DNA of 64,000 bases from Octopus vulgaris (lineage: Eukaryota). Made by a program: the position numbers and the translations under genes. Location of the stretch: contig OX597832.1 of assembly GCA_951406725.2 (NCBI GenBank), forward strand, positions 40,300,001-40,364,000, given 5' to 3'. Positions 1 to 13,196 of the stretch are shown piece after piece. Within the stretch, counting starts at the first letter, position 1, and every line of letters starts with the position of its first letter. The notes under the pieces are model-generated. The model had not been told where the DNA came from. It made no database searches and saw nothing but the letters and a program-made list of their open reading frames with translations.

Positions 1-215
1 TGCTTAACTGGTACTTAATTTATCGACCCAGAAAGAATGAAAGGCAAAGCCGACCTCGGCGGGATTTGAACTCAGAACGTAACGGCAGACGAAATACCTA
101 TTTCTTTATTACCCACAAGGGGCTAAACATAGAGGGGACAAACATGGACAGACATAGATATTAAGTCGATTACATCGACCCCAGTGCCGCTAACGGTTCT
201 CCCGGCTCGCTGCCA
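1..215 (-). mobile_element. tRNA-derived SINE family B
   Basis: The - strand contains GTTCTGAGTTCAAAT-CCCGCCGAGGTCGGCTTTGCCTTTCAT...GGTCGATAAATTAAGTACCAG. Other copies lie near 20190-20380, 24955-25085, 33695-33910, 45715-45920, 50160-50605, 54645-54800 and 56110-56500. Confidence 0.8.
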
Positions 216-447
216 TAATAATAATAATGATAATAATAATAATAAAATTACAATAATACAAAAAAATCTACAGGGAAGTTTTGAATGAGGTTTCATTTTT
301 TTTTTTTTATCAATATCATTCCTGTCTCGAGTAGAAATGTTAATAAGCTAAGTGGGTTTGATAACTTGATAGACAACAATAGATAAAAGAGATGGAGATA
401 AATAGGCGATAAATCGTCTGAGTGGTAGATAAATAAACAGACAGAAT

Positions 448-488
<41 letters not shown>

Positions 489-1334
489 AACAAAGGAAAC
501 CCTTACCGTTGCTCAATTTGCTAGAAGTAGCAGCCAAATAATCACGAGTTCAGATTCGCATCTCACTTCAGAGTTTCACTTTTCATTTTATACTCAATAA
601 GTTTTCCTTCGGCACTTTCTTTCGGCCTAAAACACTTCTTTCGGCCTGCAACATACTTAGAGAAGGTCCAAAATTTCTTTAAAACTTTTCGGTTGACTGA
701 TACTAAAAACAAAGGCAATAACCTCTTCATCCTGTTTTTAATTACTTTAAAAAATATATGAAGGATGAACTGAAATATTACCGAAATAAGTTCTAAATAT
801 TTATAAAAGAAAGAAAAAAAATTACGCATGCGTACCTGTGTGGAAAGAACTTTGTTTCCCAACCACATGGTTCCGGGTTCAGTCCCGCTGTGCGGCACCT
901 TGGACATTGTTTTCTACTTCAGCCTCAGATCGCCCAAAGCCTTGTGAGTGGATTTGGTTGACGGAAACTGAAAGAAGCCCACTTATATATATGTGTGTGT
1001 GTGCTTGTATGTGCATCTCTGTGTCAGTGTTTGCCCCCACCCTCACTACCCGCCAACCGGGTGTGGTTTGTTTACGTCCCCGCAGACCGATATGGTAAAC
1101 TGGCAGAATTGAAAAATGCTTAGCAGCATTTCATCCATCTTTATGTTCTGAGTTCAAATTCTATTGAGGTTGACTTTGCTTTTCATTCCATTGGTGGTGG
1201 GGTCAATAAAATAAGTACCAGTTGTGCACTAGAAATTGCTGGCCTTGTGCCAAAATCTGAAACCATTGTTATTATTATTAACATTCATTTGTTTGAAGAA
1301 GTAAAAAGGGTATTATTTTATATATTTTAAAAAA

Positions 1335-1660
1335 TTTTATCTAGTTTCAGCTCACAAGCTGTGGCCATGCTGGGGCACCGCCATTTGGTGTTGCTACATG
1401 ATTTTACTTCACGAATGCTTTTTAGCAACTGCCATTTGGTGCATGAGAGAGTTCGATGCAGCTGCCCTCATCTGCACCTCCTGCCATGAAGTTGGTTCAT
1501 CTGGGACACCTGACAAGAAGAGATCCAGTTTTATTTTAAAGACATCTGCATCCACCCCATGCAGGTCTCTTAGGTTCTTCAGGAGGATATTGAAGAGCTG
1601 TGGGCCTCGGAAGCCCAGGCTATCACAGTATCTCGTCCTACATCTTGATGGCAAATTTGG
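1335..1660 (-). mobile_element. CR1/L2-group LINE 3' end (ORF2 C-terminus plus 3' UTR)
   Basis: Translation SLGFRGPQLFNILLKNLRDL...FKIKLDLFLSGVPDEP...SNSL is a typical CR1/L2 ORF2 C-terminus. Confidence 0.75.
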
Positions 1661-1900
1661 TATATTACTGTCATATCACCAAATGTCTTTTTATAAAATA
1701 AATTTCATGATTAAACATGATTAATGGGGGAAATTAACATGTAACACAACTCACCAATTATGTGTAACACAAGACTTCAGTAACATGTAACATAACACAG
1801 CAGTGGCATGTAACGCAACATACTTGTAACATTGGAGCACAACACTCTTGTGACTTGTAACTCTGTAATTGTTTTTTTTCTCTTATCTACTCTTTCTTAG

Positions 1901-2038
1901 GTTGACCACTTTGGCCGGAACACAGACACCTACCAACAAAGATACCTTGTGTCCACTCAGTGGTGGGATAGAAATGGAGGCCCAATATTCTTTTACACTG
2001 GCAATGAAGGAGATATTGTCTGGTTTTTAAAAAACACG
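1901..2038 (+). CDS. PRCP: Lysosomal Pro-X carboxypeptidase, first visible coding exon (VDHFGRN...IFFYTGNEGDIVWFLKNT)
   Basis: Polypyrimidine tract and AG acceptor ending at 1900, GT donor at 2039, 138 nt, phase 0-0. Translation matches the S28 peptidase motifs VDHF, QRY and FYTGNEGDI. Confidence 0.95.
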
Positions 2039-2683
2039 GTCAGTATAACTGTAATTATACATGTCATTCATTGTCATCATCATCATCATCATCATCGTCA
2101 TCATCATCATCATCGTCATCATCATCACCATCATTGTCATTTTTCTGTTCACTTTTTCCACATTAGCATGGGTTGGAAAGATGTCTTGAGGTAGTATTCT
2201 ACTGTTGGGTGCCCATACTCTTTTGGGATTTTGGGTAATTGATTATATATATATATATGTATATTTTGGGTAATTGATATATATGTCATATCATCATCAT
2301 CATCATCGCTTAACGTCCGATTTCCATGCTGGCATGGGTTGGACGGTTCGACCAGGGTTTGGGAAGCCATAAGGCTGCACCAGGCTCCAGTCTGATCTGG
2401 CAGTGTTTCTACAGCTGGATGCCCTTCCGAATGCCAACCACTCCGTGAGTGTAGTGGGTGCTTTTTACGTACCACCGGCACAGGTGCCAGGCAAGGCTGG
2501 CAATGGCTACGATGTGTATATGTTATATACGTGTGTGTGTGTGCATGCGGACACATGTACACATACACACATGTTTGTGTGTGTGTTATTTATCTTTACT
2601 AAACCTGACCTATTCTGCAAATATTCCTTGTCTTTGATCTTTGACTGAAAATTTTTTTTCAAGATGTTTCATTTTATCTGCAG

Positions 2684-2785
2684 GGTTTCATGATGGACAT
2701 TGCTGGAAAATTTGGTGCCATGTTGGTCTTTGCTGAGCATCGTTACTATGGCAAGTCATTACCATATGGGACAGAATCTTATAAG
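2684..2785 (+). CDS. PRCP: PRCP exon (GFMMDIAGKFGAMLVFAEHRYYGKSLPYGTESYK)
   Basis: CAG acceptor, GTGAG donor, 102 nt. Contains the S28 signature FAEHRYYG. Confidence 0.96.
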
Positions 2786-4382
2786 GTGAGACACTGAACT
2801 TTTTGTGATATTACTCCAACATTTATTTCTGTGCCATTAACAAAGTTTAGTTAAAGAGAAAAGGACAGTGATGACAGTGACCCTTTCGTAGTCCCTCAAA
2901 GAGAAGGAGAAACCAAGACTGTTGAGTTTACTATAGTAGGAAACAGTGCTTCAAAACAATAGGGTATCTACCCTTAAACTAGAGACCTAGTCTAAATGTT
3001 CATATCAAGAGCCATGCTATGGTGTTAAACTGGCTGAGGAATTTGTGTGTGCATAAAAAAGTTTACCTGGAGGGTTTTGTTCCAGATATTTTTTGTTTAC
3101 AAATCTAATTGGCCATGACATTTTCCTTCCACAAGTTGTAGAGAGGTTATGTGCCTCCAGCCATTTGAATCTGACAAATCACCTGTACAGCTAAATGATT
3201 TATAGGTGCGAAACCAATGGTCACTGTCTGACCAGCCATGACAGACAACCTTCTAAATATATAGATATATGTATGTATGTATATAAAGCTATTTTTACTG
3301 CAGATAAAACACCAACAGTCACTTCAGTAATTCACAATACTGTTTTGTGTGCCTATTAAATAACTTGTGCAAGTGTCTTCTACTATAGCTTCTGGTTGAC
3401 CACCAAAATCTTGTGAGTGGTTTTAATAAGTGGAAATCGGAAGACACCCATCTTGTACTGTATGTGTCTATGTATGGCTGTTTTTGTGTTTGTTTACAGT
3501 TGCTTTTTTACACAAGTCCCTTATGGTGATGTTATTGTCATTTCCCTTAACAAAAAATTGTCCGCTGGTTTTGTACCTTCAAAGATGTGTAGAATAACTT
3601 GAAAAACAGATTAAGTTTAGTGCTAGGAAAGGCATTCAGCTGTAAACACAATGCCTTAGTATATTACAATTTATTTAAGCTTATTATTTTAAAGCTGTGT
3701 TAAAAATAACAAGCAAACATTTACTGAAAGTAAATTCTCTGAAAAGTAGAGTTAAATTTATTATAGAATTCATTTTCATTAGGATTTTAAGTTTGACTTG
3801 ATACCTTATTCATCTTGGAATGGAAAAATATTTTCTGCCCTTTATATATAAAAAAAATATAGAAAGCTCCATTATTTGAAGCGGATGCTTGGGTACTGAA
3901 TTACTGTGTAATTAAAATTCTAAACGAAAAATATTTGTAGTTTGGATGAATCATTAAGGAATCAAGCAAAATGGTAAGAGACATTCAATCTAATTCTTTA
4001 CGTTCTGAGATCGACTTTGCCTTTCAGTCCAAAGAGTTGCTAAAATATAGTTCTAGTCAAGTACTGGGGTCAATTTAAGTAATTAACCTTTAGCACGCTG
4101 GAGGAGCATCATGTTGCTATATGAGTTTTTTCTCTCCTCTCAATGCAACACAATTTGCATTCAGCCACAGGGGAGAAATGTCCAACAAGTGACATAATGC
4201 AACTAAACTTGCTTAAGGTTAAGCCTCATCTCCAAATTTCAGGATTTGTGTAATACCAGAAACAATTATTTAGGCACAAAGATCTGATGGATAAAGCCAA
4301 ATAAATATTTTGGATAAAATTTTGAATATTGATTGCATAGTGATGACAATGGTAATGATAATTTGTAATTTTCTTCTTGTAG

Positions 4383-4564
4383 GATCCTGTAAAGCTGTCC
4401 TACTTAACATCAGAACAAGCTCTCGAAGACTATGCCAAACTGATTCAACACATGAAATCCACCATAAAAGGTGCCCAAAACAGTTCTGTTGTGGCCTTTG
4501 GTGGTTCCTATGGTGGGATGTTATCAGCTTGGTTTCGAATGAAATATGCTGGAGTGATTGTTGG
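4383..4564 (+). CDS. PRCP: PRCP exon containing the catalytic Ser (LTSEQAL...GGSYGGMLSAWFRMKY)
   Basis: TAG acceptor, GTAAG donor, 182 nt ending in phase 2. GGSYGG nucleophile elbow present. Confidence 0.96.
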
Positions 4565-5451
4565 GTAAGAACACACCGACTTATTTCCATGCCACCCTTT
4601 ATTTTAACCCTTTGTTGTTGTAGTCGTTGTTGTTGTTGTTCTTCTTCTCCTTTTTGTTCCTCATCCTTGTCATCATAATTATTGATGTCTTCACCATTGG
4701 TTTTATGTTACTGAGTCCAAGCTCAATACCAATGAAAGGAGTCTTTGATCAGGGACATTCAAACCAAAATCATCCTGTTTTTAGCAACAATGATATAAAG
4801 ATATAAAGAGTAAAGAAGCTGAGGAATTAAGAGAGATGAAGGGTTTTGAAGTCTCTTTTGTTATGCTGGGTACATGGCTACCTCCCTAGTGCTGGTGTCA
4901 AGAAAAATGCACCCAGTGCACATTGTAAAGCATGAGGTTGTGAAGACCTGTTAGTTTTGTTGAGGCCATGGCACCTTTCTAGTACAGGGGCCACAAAAAA
5001 AAGGCACCCAGTACACTGTAAAGCGATTGGTGTTAGGAAGAACATGCAGCTGTAGAAACCTAACCAAAAATGAATGAAATAAGGCCTCTTGTCCCATCTA
5101 GATGAGCAGTAGCCTCAAATTTGTGCCAATCCCAGCCTCGAGACAATCCACCCAACCCATAGCAGCATGAAAAATAGATCTGAAATGATGCTAATGATGA
5201 TATCTATACACACACACACACACATACATACATGGTGGGCTTCATCTCAGTTTCTATCTGACAGTCCTTTCTCTCTTCCTGTTTCGGGTTTTAAGTACTA
5301 AATGTTAAAACTAATTCGTTTGTCTATTTATGCCACCACATAATTATTTCTCATTAGCTATTTAGTACTTTATTATTAACTATGTCAACACTAATTTAGT
5401 CATTACTACGTTACATTGCTGTTGTTTTTGTTCTGTTGGCTTTACCTCCAG

Positions 5452-5609
5452 GTCAATTGCAGCCTCTGCTCCAATTTGGGGATTTCCTGGGATATCTAAA
5501 TGCAATGGGTTATTTACTGTCATAACAAACACATTTAAACTTGGAGGTGAACATTGTCCAGGAAACATCCGGAAAAGTTGGAAAGTAATTGATGATCTTG
5601 GAAAATACA
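5452..5609 (+). CDS. PRCP: PRCP exon (SIAASAPIWGFPG...CPGNIRKSWKVIDDLGKY)
   Basis: CAG acceptor, GTAAGT donor, 158 nt. Phase is compatible with both neighbouring exons; AASAPIW motif. Confidence 0.95.
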
Positions 5610-7394
5610 GTAAGTGAAGATTTTTATATTTTCTCTTCAAATGATATTTTTTCAAATGTCGAGAAGTTTCAGGTATGGAAGCAAGGTCTAGAATCGAAGG
5701 GTCTTAGAGTTAACCTTAGAAACCATGCCAAATCAGACTGAAGTTTGTTGCAGCCTTCCAGTTTGCCAGCCCTGGTCAGACTGTTCAACCCATGGCAGCA
5801 TGGACAATGGACGTTAAATGATGATGATGATGATGATGATGACAGATCATAATTGATAAGATTATGATTTTTTAGGCAATTAACCTCACCCTTAATAATG
5901 AATATTTGAAGGAATATTAGCATCTGTATTTCAGTCTGTTTCATCTCAGATTGTTATCAGGTGTCTTATTCTTGGAACTATACATAACACCAAATTATTT
6001 GGAATTAGAAACCCCCTTTTTTTTTATAAGCTAGACAAATATAGGATGTTGAGACTTCTCTGAGACAAGATATTCTTTCTTCTGTAAAATCTTGCTGCTG
6101 TAAAAGATAACTAGTATACTTTGAAAACTGGTTGGTAATTGGAATGTCATGAGAAATAGAACATAGAAGCCGTGCTTAAAATGGAAAATGTGACTAAGAT
6201 GTTGTCCCCCAATTCTTCTTGGCGGGCAGTAACTGTGAGCAAGAACTGACTGGAAAATATATATATATAAAATATTGGTACCCCAGCATGGCCACAGGTT
6301 TGAGCTGAAACTAAATATATATAGTCAATTTAAAGAACAAACAATTAAAAAACAGAGAAAGAAAAAATGAAGATGAGGTTGTGCACAAGAAATATATTAA
6401 TTTGACGCTTGGTGAAAGGAGAGAGTTGTTAACATTTTGAGCATAGCTCTTCATTGGAAAGAGAAAAGTCCAAAGAGAAAGAACACAGCTTACAGCCCAG
6501 TCCAGGAATCGAACTCACTACCTCATAATTGTGAGCCTGACACTCTAACCACTGAGCCATGTACCTTCACACACACATATGTTGGGTTGGCAAGTGTTCT
6601 AACTAGACATACATGTTCAAGTTGGATATAAAGATTGCTTTTTCATAAAAGAATGTTACAATGTGAAAACAAAATAATTATTTTATCCAGCATCATTTCT
6701 AATAAATGAAACTCATACACTAGAACACTATTTATATGATAAGGAACATGGAAGGCTGATGTTAAATGATGATAATGGCGATGACAACGATGATGACAGC
6801 GACGATGATGACGACATTGATGATGATGACGACGACGATGATGATGATGACGATGATAATGATGATGATGATGACAATGATGATGACTACAATGATGATG
6901 ATGACGATGATGATGACTACGATGATGATGACTACGATGATGATGACGATGATTGATTATGATGATGATGACGACAACGGCGACGACGTATATCTATATG
7001 TGTGTATCATTGTGCATGTGTTTTGTCCCCCAACACTGTTTGACAATTGATTATTGGTGTGTTTATGTCCCTGTAACTTAGCAGTTCGGCAGAAGAGACC
7101 AATAGAATCAGTACCAGGCCTAAAAATAAAATAAATGCTGGAGCTGATTCGTTTGACCAAAATTCTTCAGAGCAGTACCACTGATTGATGTTACATTTAT
7201 ACTAATGTTAACTGCAACATTATCAATGTTACAGATATACATGAAGAGGGATGAGGTAAGCTGGAGATTTACCTTTGTGGAGGCGCAATGGCCCAGTGAA
7301 TGACATTTGGAGGGCTTTGTGTTACATCCATAACGACCACGCTAATGTTGATATTAATTCTCATACAGTCTTATTAATCGGAAAGATTTGCGTT

Positions 7395-7897
7395 TAAATC
7401 AAATCAAAATAGATGAACATCAATGGAATTTGTATCTTTGTGGTACCAGTGCCGGTGGCACACAAGAAAACCATCCGAACGTGGCCGTAGCCAGTACCGC
7501 ATCGACTGGCCTCCGTGCTGTGGGCACGTAACAAACACCAACCGATTGTGGCCGTTCGCCAGCCTCATCTGGCACCTGTGTCGGTGGCACATAAAAACAC
7601 CATCCGAGCGTGGCCATCTGCCAGCCTCGTCTGGCACCTGTGTCGGTGGTACATAAAAAACACCATCCGAGCGTGGCCGTTCGCCAGCCTCGTCTGGCAC
7701 CTGTGTCGGTGGCACATAAAATCACCCACTACACTCTCGGAGTGGTTGGCGTTAGGAAGGGCATCCAGCTGTAGAAACACTGCCAAATCTGACTGGCCTG
7801 GTGCAGCCTTCGGGCTCCCCAGACCCCAGTTGAACCGTCCAACCCATGCTAGCATGGAAAGCGGACGTTAAATGATGATGATGATGATGATGATGAT
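7395..7897 (+). mobile_element. RTE 3' UTR copy with about 60-bp tandem units in a PRCP intron
   Basis: Repeated GGCACCTGTGTCGGTGGCACATAAAAACACCATCCGAGCGTGGCC..GCCAGCCTCGTCT units, then the shared tail and (GAT)n. Confidence 0.8.
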
Positions 7898-8229
7898 AGA
7901 TACAACAGTTGAACATTTAGAACAGCATTCAAGATATATCAAATGGAATAGATAAAAGTTTTCACTAATAATATGAAGACAGTTCATAATGACTAAGGAC
8001 AAATTAGATAGAAACAATATGAGTGCCTTATCAAAGAGTTGAATAACATTGCTTTGAGTAGCACCTCAGGTCAGTCTAGGCTAGGGGTTTTCAACCATTT
8101 TTTACCTATGGATCCCTTTGATTATTATCTTATTCTGTGGACCCTCATAACCATTCGTTATTTAAAAACTAGTTTTATAGTAACTTCTTTCAAAATTCAT
8201 ATTTTGTTACTGCTGTTGTTTGTCAACAA

Positions 8230-8857
8230 CTATCAGCGGTGTATTTTTCATTTGTCACTGTTATTTATGATATCGTTCATGCGTTTGTACTGGTTTTAGC
8301 TTTAAGGTTTTAGGGTTAGGGTTAGGATTTTAGGGCTAGGGTTTTAGGGTTAGGGTTTTAGGGTTAGGGCTAGGATTTTAGGGTTAGGGCTAGGGTTTTA
8401 GGGTTAGGGTTTTAGAGTTAGGGTTTGGGTTACGGTTTTGGGGTTAGGGTTAAGGTTTTAGGGTTAGAGTTATGGAAAAAATGAAAAATGAAGCACGAAC
8501 GATTATGGTGGTGCCATGAAGTAAACATGCTTCAGATAGACTCGTTTATTCATACAAACGTAACTGAGATGAAATATGTCATAAATAACAGGTGACAAGC
8601 GAAATATAAACCGCCAGAAGTTGTTTTTGACAAATAACAGCAGTAATTTTATTCAGCTGAATACATGTCAGTGATTGGTTGAAATTACCGAAATGCGACG
8701 ACTTTAACAAGAAATAACTTCCAAAATACAGAATTTTCTCAACAACATCAAGAGTAAAAGATGTTTTATGTGACACATTCTACCAGTGTCTGAAGTTTGA
8801 AAGTGTTTAGTTACAAAAAATTATTTTTAAAATCTGTCGGTCAAAAGGTAAAGATCC
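8230..8857. mobile_element. Truncated GGATCTTTT-TIR family element with telomere-like array in a PRCP intron
   Basis: The right end (ACACATTCTACCAGT...AAAGTGTTTAGTTAC...AAAGATCC) matches 40800-40928 and 35500-35618. Confidence 0.7.
8295..8472 (+). repeat. Interstitial telomere-like (TTAGGG/TTTTAGGG)n array
   Basis: Directly visible degenerate TTAGGG tandem repeats. Confidence 0.9.
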
Positions 8858-9656
8858 TATTTGCCTTTTCTAGTTTGCTGTGATTAGGGGTAGAGGTTTC
8901 ATATTTCAGAAATAGGAATTATGATATCTATAAACTCTGTGCATACAACACGTCAAAAGATATGCAATAGCTACAGAAGTTGCTACAGCTGTGGATGTTA
9001 ATTGTTGCATCTTTCAGTGGTTGCTTATTGCATAATTGATTGTGTGCACAATAAATGTGAAAAATACATGTGAGTCGGAGGTGGGGGTGGGTGAAGAAAT
9101 AATCATCAATCAGTTGACCAAGAAAAGTAATATGTGACTGCATATATAGGTATATGTATATATATATATGTGTGTGTGTACATGTGTGTCTGTGATTGTC
9201 CCCGCAACATCGCTTGACAACCGGTGCTGGTGTGTTTATGTCCCCGTGACTTAGCAGTTCGGCAAAAGAAACCGATAGAATAAGTATTAGGCTTACAAAG
9301 AATAAGACCTGGGGTCGATTTGTTCGACTAAAGGCAGAGCTCCAGCATGGCCGCAGTCAAACCTTAGTAGTTGGTTTGTGGGTAGTGTTAACTGTTGATA
9401 AAATAGGTACCAATTGATTTGTTGAGAAAAGGATTTAGTGTGATAATTGATTTTAGGGTAGACTTGGCTGTTGATAACATGAGCACAGGTGAAAAATGTA
9501 TTGACATAAAGTGACTCTGGTAGCAAGTGTTTCCGAGATAGACTTAGCCATTGATGACATCCAACTGTAAGTCTGGGGATATAAGTTTGTGTCATTGACA
9601 CATCTGAAGTATAATATTATGAGATATTTACTAAAAGTCAGTAATTCTTTTTACAG

Positions 9657-9826
9657 GTGAAGGCCTGAAGTTTCTCTCTGAAGAATTAAAGTTGTGTTCA
9701 AGCCTAGAAAACTCTACAGTTGGTGACCTCAAGGAATGGTTGAGTGACACATGGTTTGATTTAGCAATGATGGATTATCCTTACTCAACCAATTTTCTTC
9801 AGCCTCTTCCTGCCTGGCCTGTGAAA
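9657..9826 (+). CDS. PRCP: PRCP exon (EGLKFLSEELKLC...LAMMDYPYSTNFLQPLPAWPVK)
   Basis: TTACAG acceptor, GTAAGT donor, 170 nt. DYPY..NFLQPLPAWP motif typical of PRCP. Confidence 0.95.
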
Positions 9827-10553
9827 GTAAGTAAAGAGATGTTGGGTTCAAATTTCACTGTCTCATGGACAAACAAACATTCAGGTGTTAACACAGAAAT
9901 GTGTCAGTAACATCATTATTGTTGTTGTTTAGCCTAAGGACAACCATTACTGACCAGATCTATGATCATTCCAGCCATGACACATCCAATAGTTTTATAT
10001 GTATCTAGGACTACATTATCTAAAATTTCCTATATTTGTAAGACAGTTGGGTATGATTTTGATGGAGATTTGGCTGCTATATCTAGCAGGGCCAAATACC
10101 ACAGGAGGCTTTCTTGCTGATTCATTTTTTATCTATGGACCTTACACTTAATTCCTCTTATTGACTCAGACTATCTGTCTGTAGATCGGTACCATGAAAT
10201 GGTACAGTTCACCAGTGTAACCAATAACAGTGTATTACTAACTTGCTTTATATAAACTTACAGTGCTGTGTTCAAATCCACCTGTTGGATTAGAGAAAAT
10301 GCAGAATGGTGGGTGGTAGGGGTGATGTGACTGAAGAAATTTCACTCCAGTTTTATCATTTTTGTAATTCTTTCCGAAAGATAATGACATCAGTGATGAT
10401 CCAACAAATTAGTAACTTAACACATTGTCTCTGTGTCTGTCTCACACTCTACTCTCTCCCCCTCTCCCTCCCTCCCTCTCTCTCTCTCTGCTCCCACTCT
10501 CTTCTCATATTTTCTTTCATAAATGAAACCCTCGATCAATGTTTACTCCTCAG

Positions 10554-10718
10554 AAAACCTGTATACCACTGAATGACCCTCATCTGGATGGTAAACACCT
10601 CATTTCTGCACTGGCTAAATCCCTGCAAGTCTACTACAACACAACGGGTAAAACTCCATGCTTCAATCTAACCCAGACGTCCAGTTCAAACATGGGAGAT
10701 CTAGGATGGAGCTATCAG
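10554..10718 (+). CDS. PRCP: PRCP exon (KTCIPLND...VYYNTTG...LGWSYQ)
   Basis: CAG acceptor, GTGAG donor, 165 nt, phase 0-0. Confidence 0.94.
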
Positions 10719-12247
10719 GTGAGTTAACTCTTATCTTTCACTCTAATTTATCTGCAAATGTGTGCATGTCTGCATGCATTTTTGTGTTTGTGTGCATGTA
10801 TGTGTGGGTGTATGTGCATCCTTGTGTTTGTGTTTGTCTCCCACCACTACCTGGCAACTTGTGTTGGTTTGTTTACGTCCTAGTAATTTAGCAGTTCAGT
10901 AAAAGAGACTGATATGTATATATAAATATGTATGTATGTGTACAAACACACACACACACACACACATACATACATGCATACATACATACATTTCATTTTT
11001 GCATCTCGTTTGCAAGATTCTTAATGTGAATTTGTGTGTTGAAACAAATTTTGTTGTGTCTAGGGAGGGTCATTATGCCAGTAACACATGCTCTGGTTCA
11101 ATTCCACTCCTTTCTTATTAGTGAATTGATTAAATATCCAACTAACTAATGAATTCTTTGTTCGATTTGGTTATACAGTAGGTAATTTGTTTTTGTTTTT
11201 TAAAGCTCTTTTGTTGCTATACAAGAGGTTTTATTCTTTTGAGTTTCACCATTAAATACAGTATATTATACATACATATATAAATATTCATTCTATACTG
11301 TTTTATAGACCCATTTCAGCTGATTTTATCATGTGTCTTTGCACGCAAATTAAGGATAAATTAAGACGGTGCTTGTTAGAAGGACTGGTATGGAAAATGT
11401 GGCTGTGCCTCTCTGCTACTGGAGATCAACAAGTATCAGATCTGGTTTGTGAGTGCTGTGGGGAAAAAAAAAAGAAGTAAAATGTAAAAACTTTTAGAAG
11501 TTCAGAGGAGAATTCATCGAGAGTTATGCCCCTTGTATAATGAAATGAAAAGCCAGAGTTCCTTCATGGTGTGAGGGCATTTTGTGCAAGGAGCATAACT
11601 CTCAATAAATTCTCTTAATTTCACCCAGGGGTCTTTTTGTTCACCCCTCCCCCTCTACACCCACAACCTGGATGTAACACTGACTTAATCTCCAGTAGCA
11701 GAGATCTGTCACTATATTTTCCATGCCAGACTTTCTGACAAACTCCATCTTTTGTTATTCTCTAACTCATGCAAAACTGATTAGTAAAATTAGCTGAAAC
11801 AAATTTATAATACTGTATTGTATAAATAATAATATACCTACTCTATTGACAAATATATGAGTACAATTTTTAAAAAATTTTATTTTATTTGATATGAGGA
11901 TTCTTAGATATGCTACATATATACATATTTGTGTGTATGGACATGTACACACACATAAACATGTATATGTATGTATATGTGTGTATGTGTATATATATAT
12001 ATATATATATATCATCATTTAACGTCTGCTTTCCATGCTAGCATGGGTTGGACGATTTTGACTGAGGGCTGGTGAACCAGATGGCTGCACCAGGTTCCAG
12101 TCTTGATTTGGCAGAGTTTCTACAGCTGGATGCCCTTCCAAATGCCAACCACTCCGAGAGTGTGGTGGGTGCTTTTTACGTGCCACCGGCATGGGGGGCC
12201 AGTCAGGCGGTACTGGCAACAACCTCACCCAAATCCTTTTATACATA

Positions 12248-12450
12248 GGGCTGAAAAGTTCTTGGTTTTGGGTAAAAGAAGATATGGGAGGATCCATTAA
12301 TTATGATTTTATTCAAAATATTCCCCTCTCAGATTCACACTTATTGCAGTGGTCCTTCAGTTTTTCTAAAATCTTGTAAGAGAACTCAGAAGGTTGAGCC
12401 TCCAACCAGGCCTTTCACAATACCCTTAAAGCCAGGGACCTTTCAGTGTA
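12248..12450. mobile_element. Mariner-derived MITE in a PRCP intron
   Basis: CTGAAAAGTTCTTGG...CCAGGGACCTTTCAG inverted termini; homologous to 23886-24603. Confidence 0.7.
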
Positions 12451-12549
12451 AATAAAACTCCAGAAATAGACTAGGATTAACTGTGTCCCTTTCAAAAACT
12501 GTTCCCTGTGTTTACAAAAGAAACTCTTTATTGTTTGTTTTATTATCAG

Positions 12550-12737
12550 TCTTGTACAGAAATGGTAATGCCAAGCTGCACAGATGGCATCAAAGATATG
12601 TTTTACCCAAACAAGTGGAATTTCACCCAGTTTTCTGAATCTTGTTATGCTCAGTGGAAAGTTGTACCCAGACCTAACTGGATCACAACAGAATATGGTG
12701 GTAAAAATATTCAAGCTGCATCTAACATTGTCTTCAG
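12550..12737 (+). CDS. PRCP: PRCP exon (SCTEMVMPSCTDGIKDMF...PRPNWITTEYGGKNIQAASNIVF)
   Basis: CAG acceptor, GTAAA donor, 188 nt ending in phase 2. Confidence 0.95.
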
Positions 12738-13196
12738 GTAAATCCTTAGATTCTATATATTTTATTTAAGATTTTGTTTCTTTATAAGGAAAAGTCAACC
12801 TCAGCAGAATTTGAACTCAGAACGTGACGACAGACAAAATACCGCTAAGCATTTCGCCCAGCGTGCTAACATCTCTGCCAGTTCACTATTTTCATTTTAT
12901 TTATTTTATTTTATTTATTGAAGATTTATTTATTTACTTTTATACTTATTTGTTGTTATGTAACCCCAGGCTAACCTTGCTCCAGAAGGCTCTTGATCAA
13001 AGACATTCCAAATGTAGCAATGTTATCTTTTTAAGGTTCTCTAAAAACAGATTATCTAATGTGTTCTTTCTATTTATTGGGATGATAGGTGTGATTTTAA
13101 GGGAGATTTGACTGCTATTTCTATCAGGTCAGCAAACAACAGCATAGAGGTTTTCTCAACTATAATATAAAGAGAAGAAAATAATGAATTAAGGAA

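Noticed and set aside
6759-7050. Poly-Asp and poly-Met ORFs
   Set aside because: Translation of a (GAT/GAC)n microsatellite inside a PRCP intron.
7440-7730. Repeat-spacer-like pattern resembling a CRISPR array
   Set aside because: The units are tandem, without unique spacers, and lie in a eukaryotic retroelement UTR. No cas genes are present.
8295-8472. True telomere or chromosome fusion site
   Set aside because: The array is short, degenerate, single-orientation, intronic and embedded in a TIR element.
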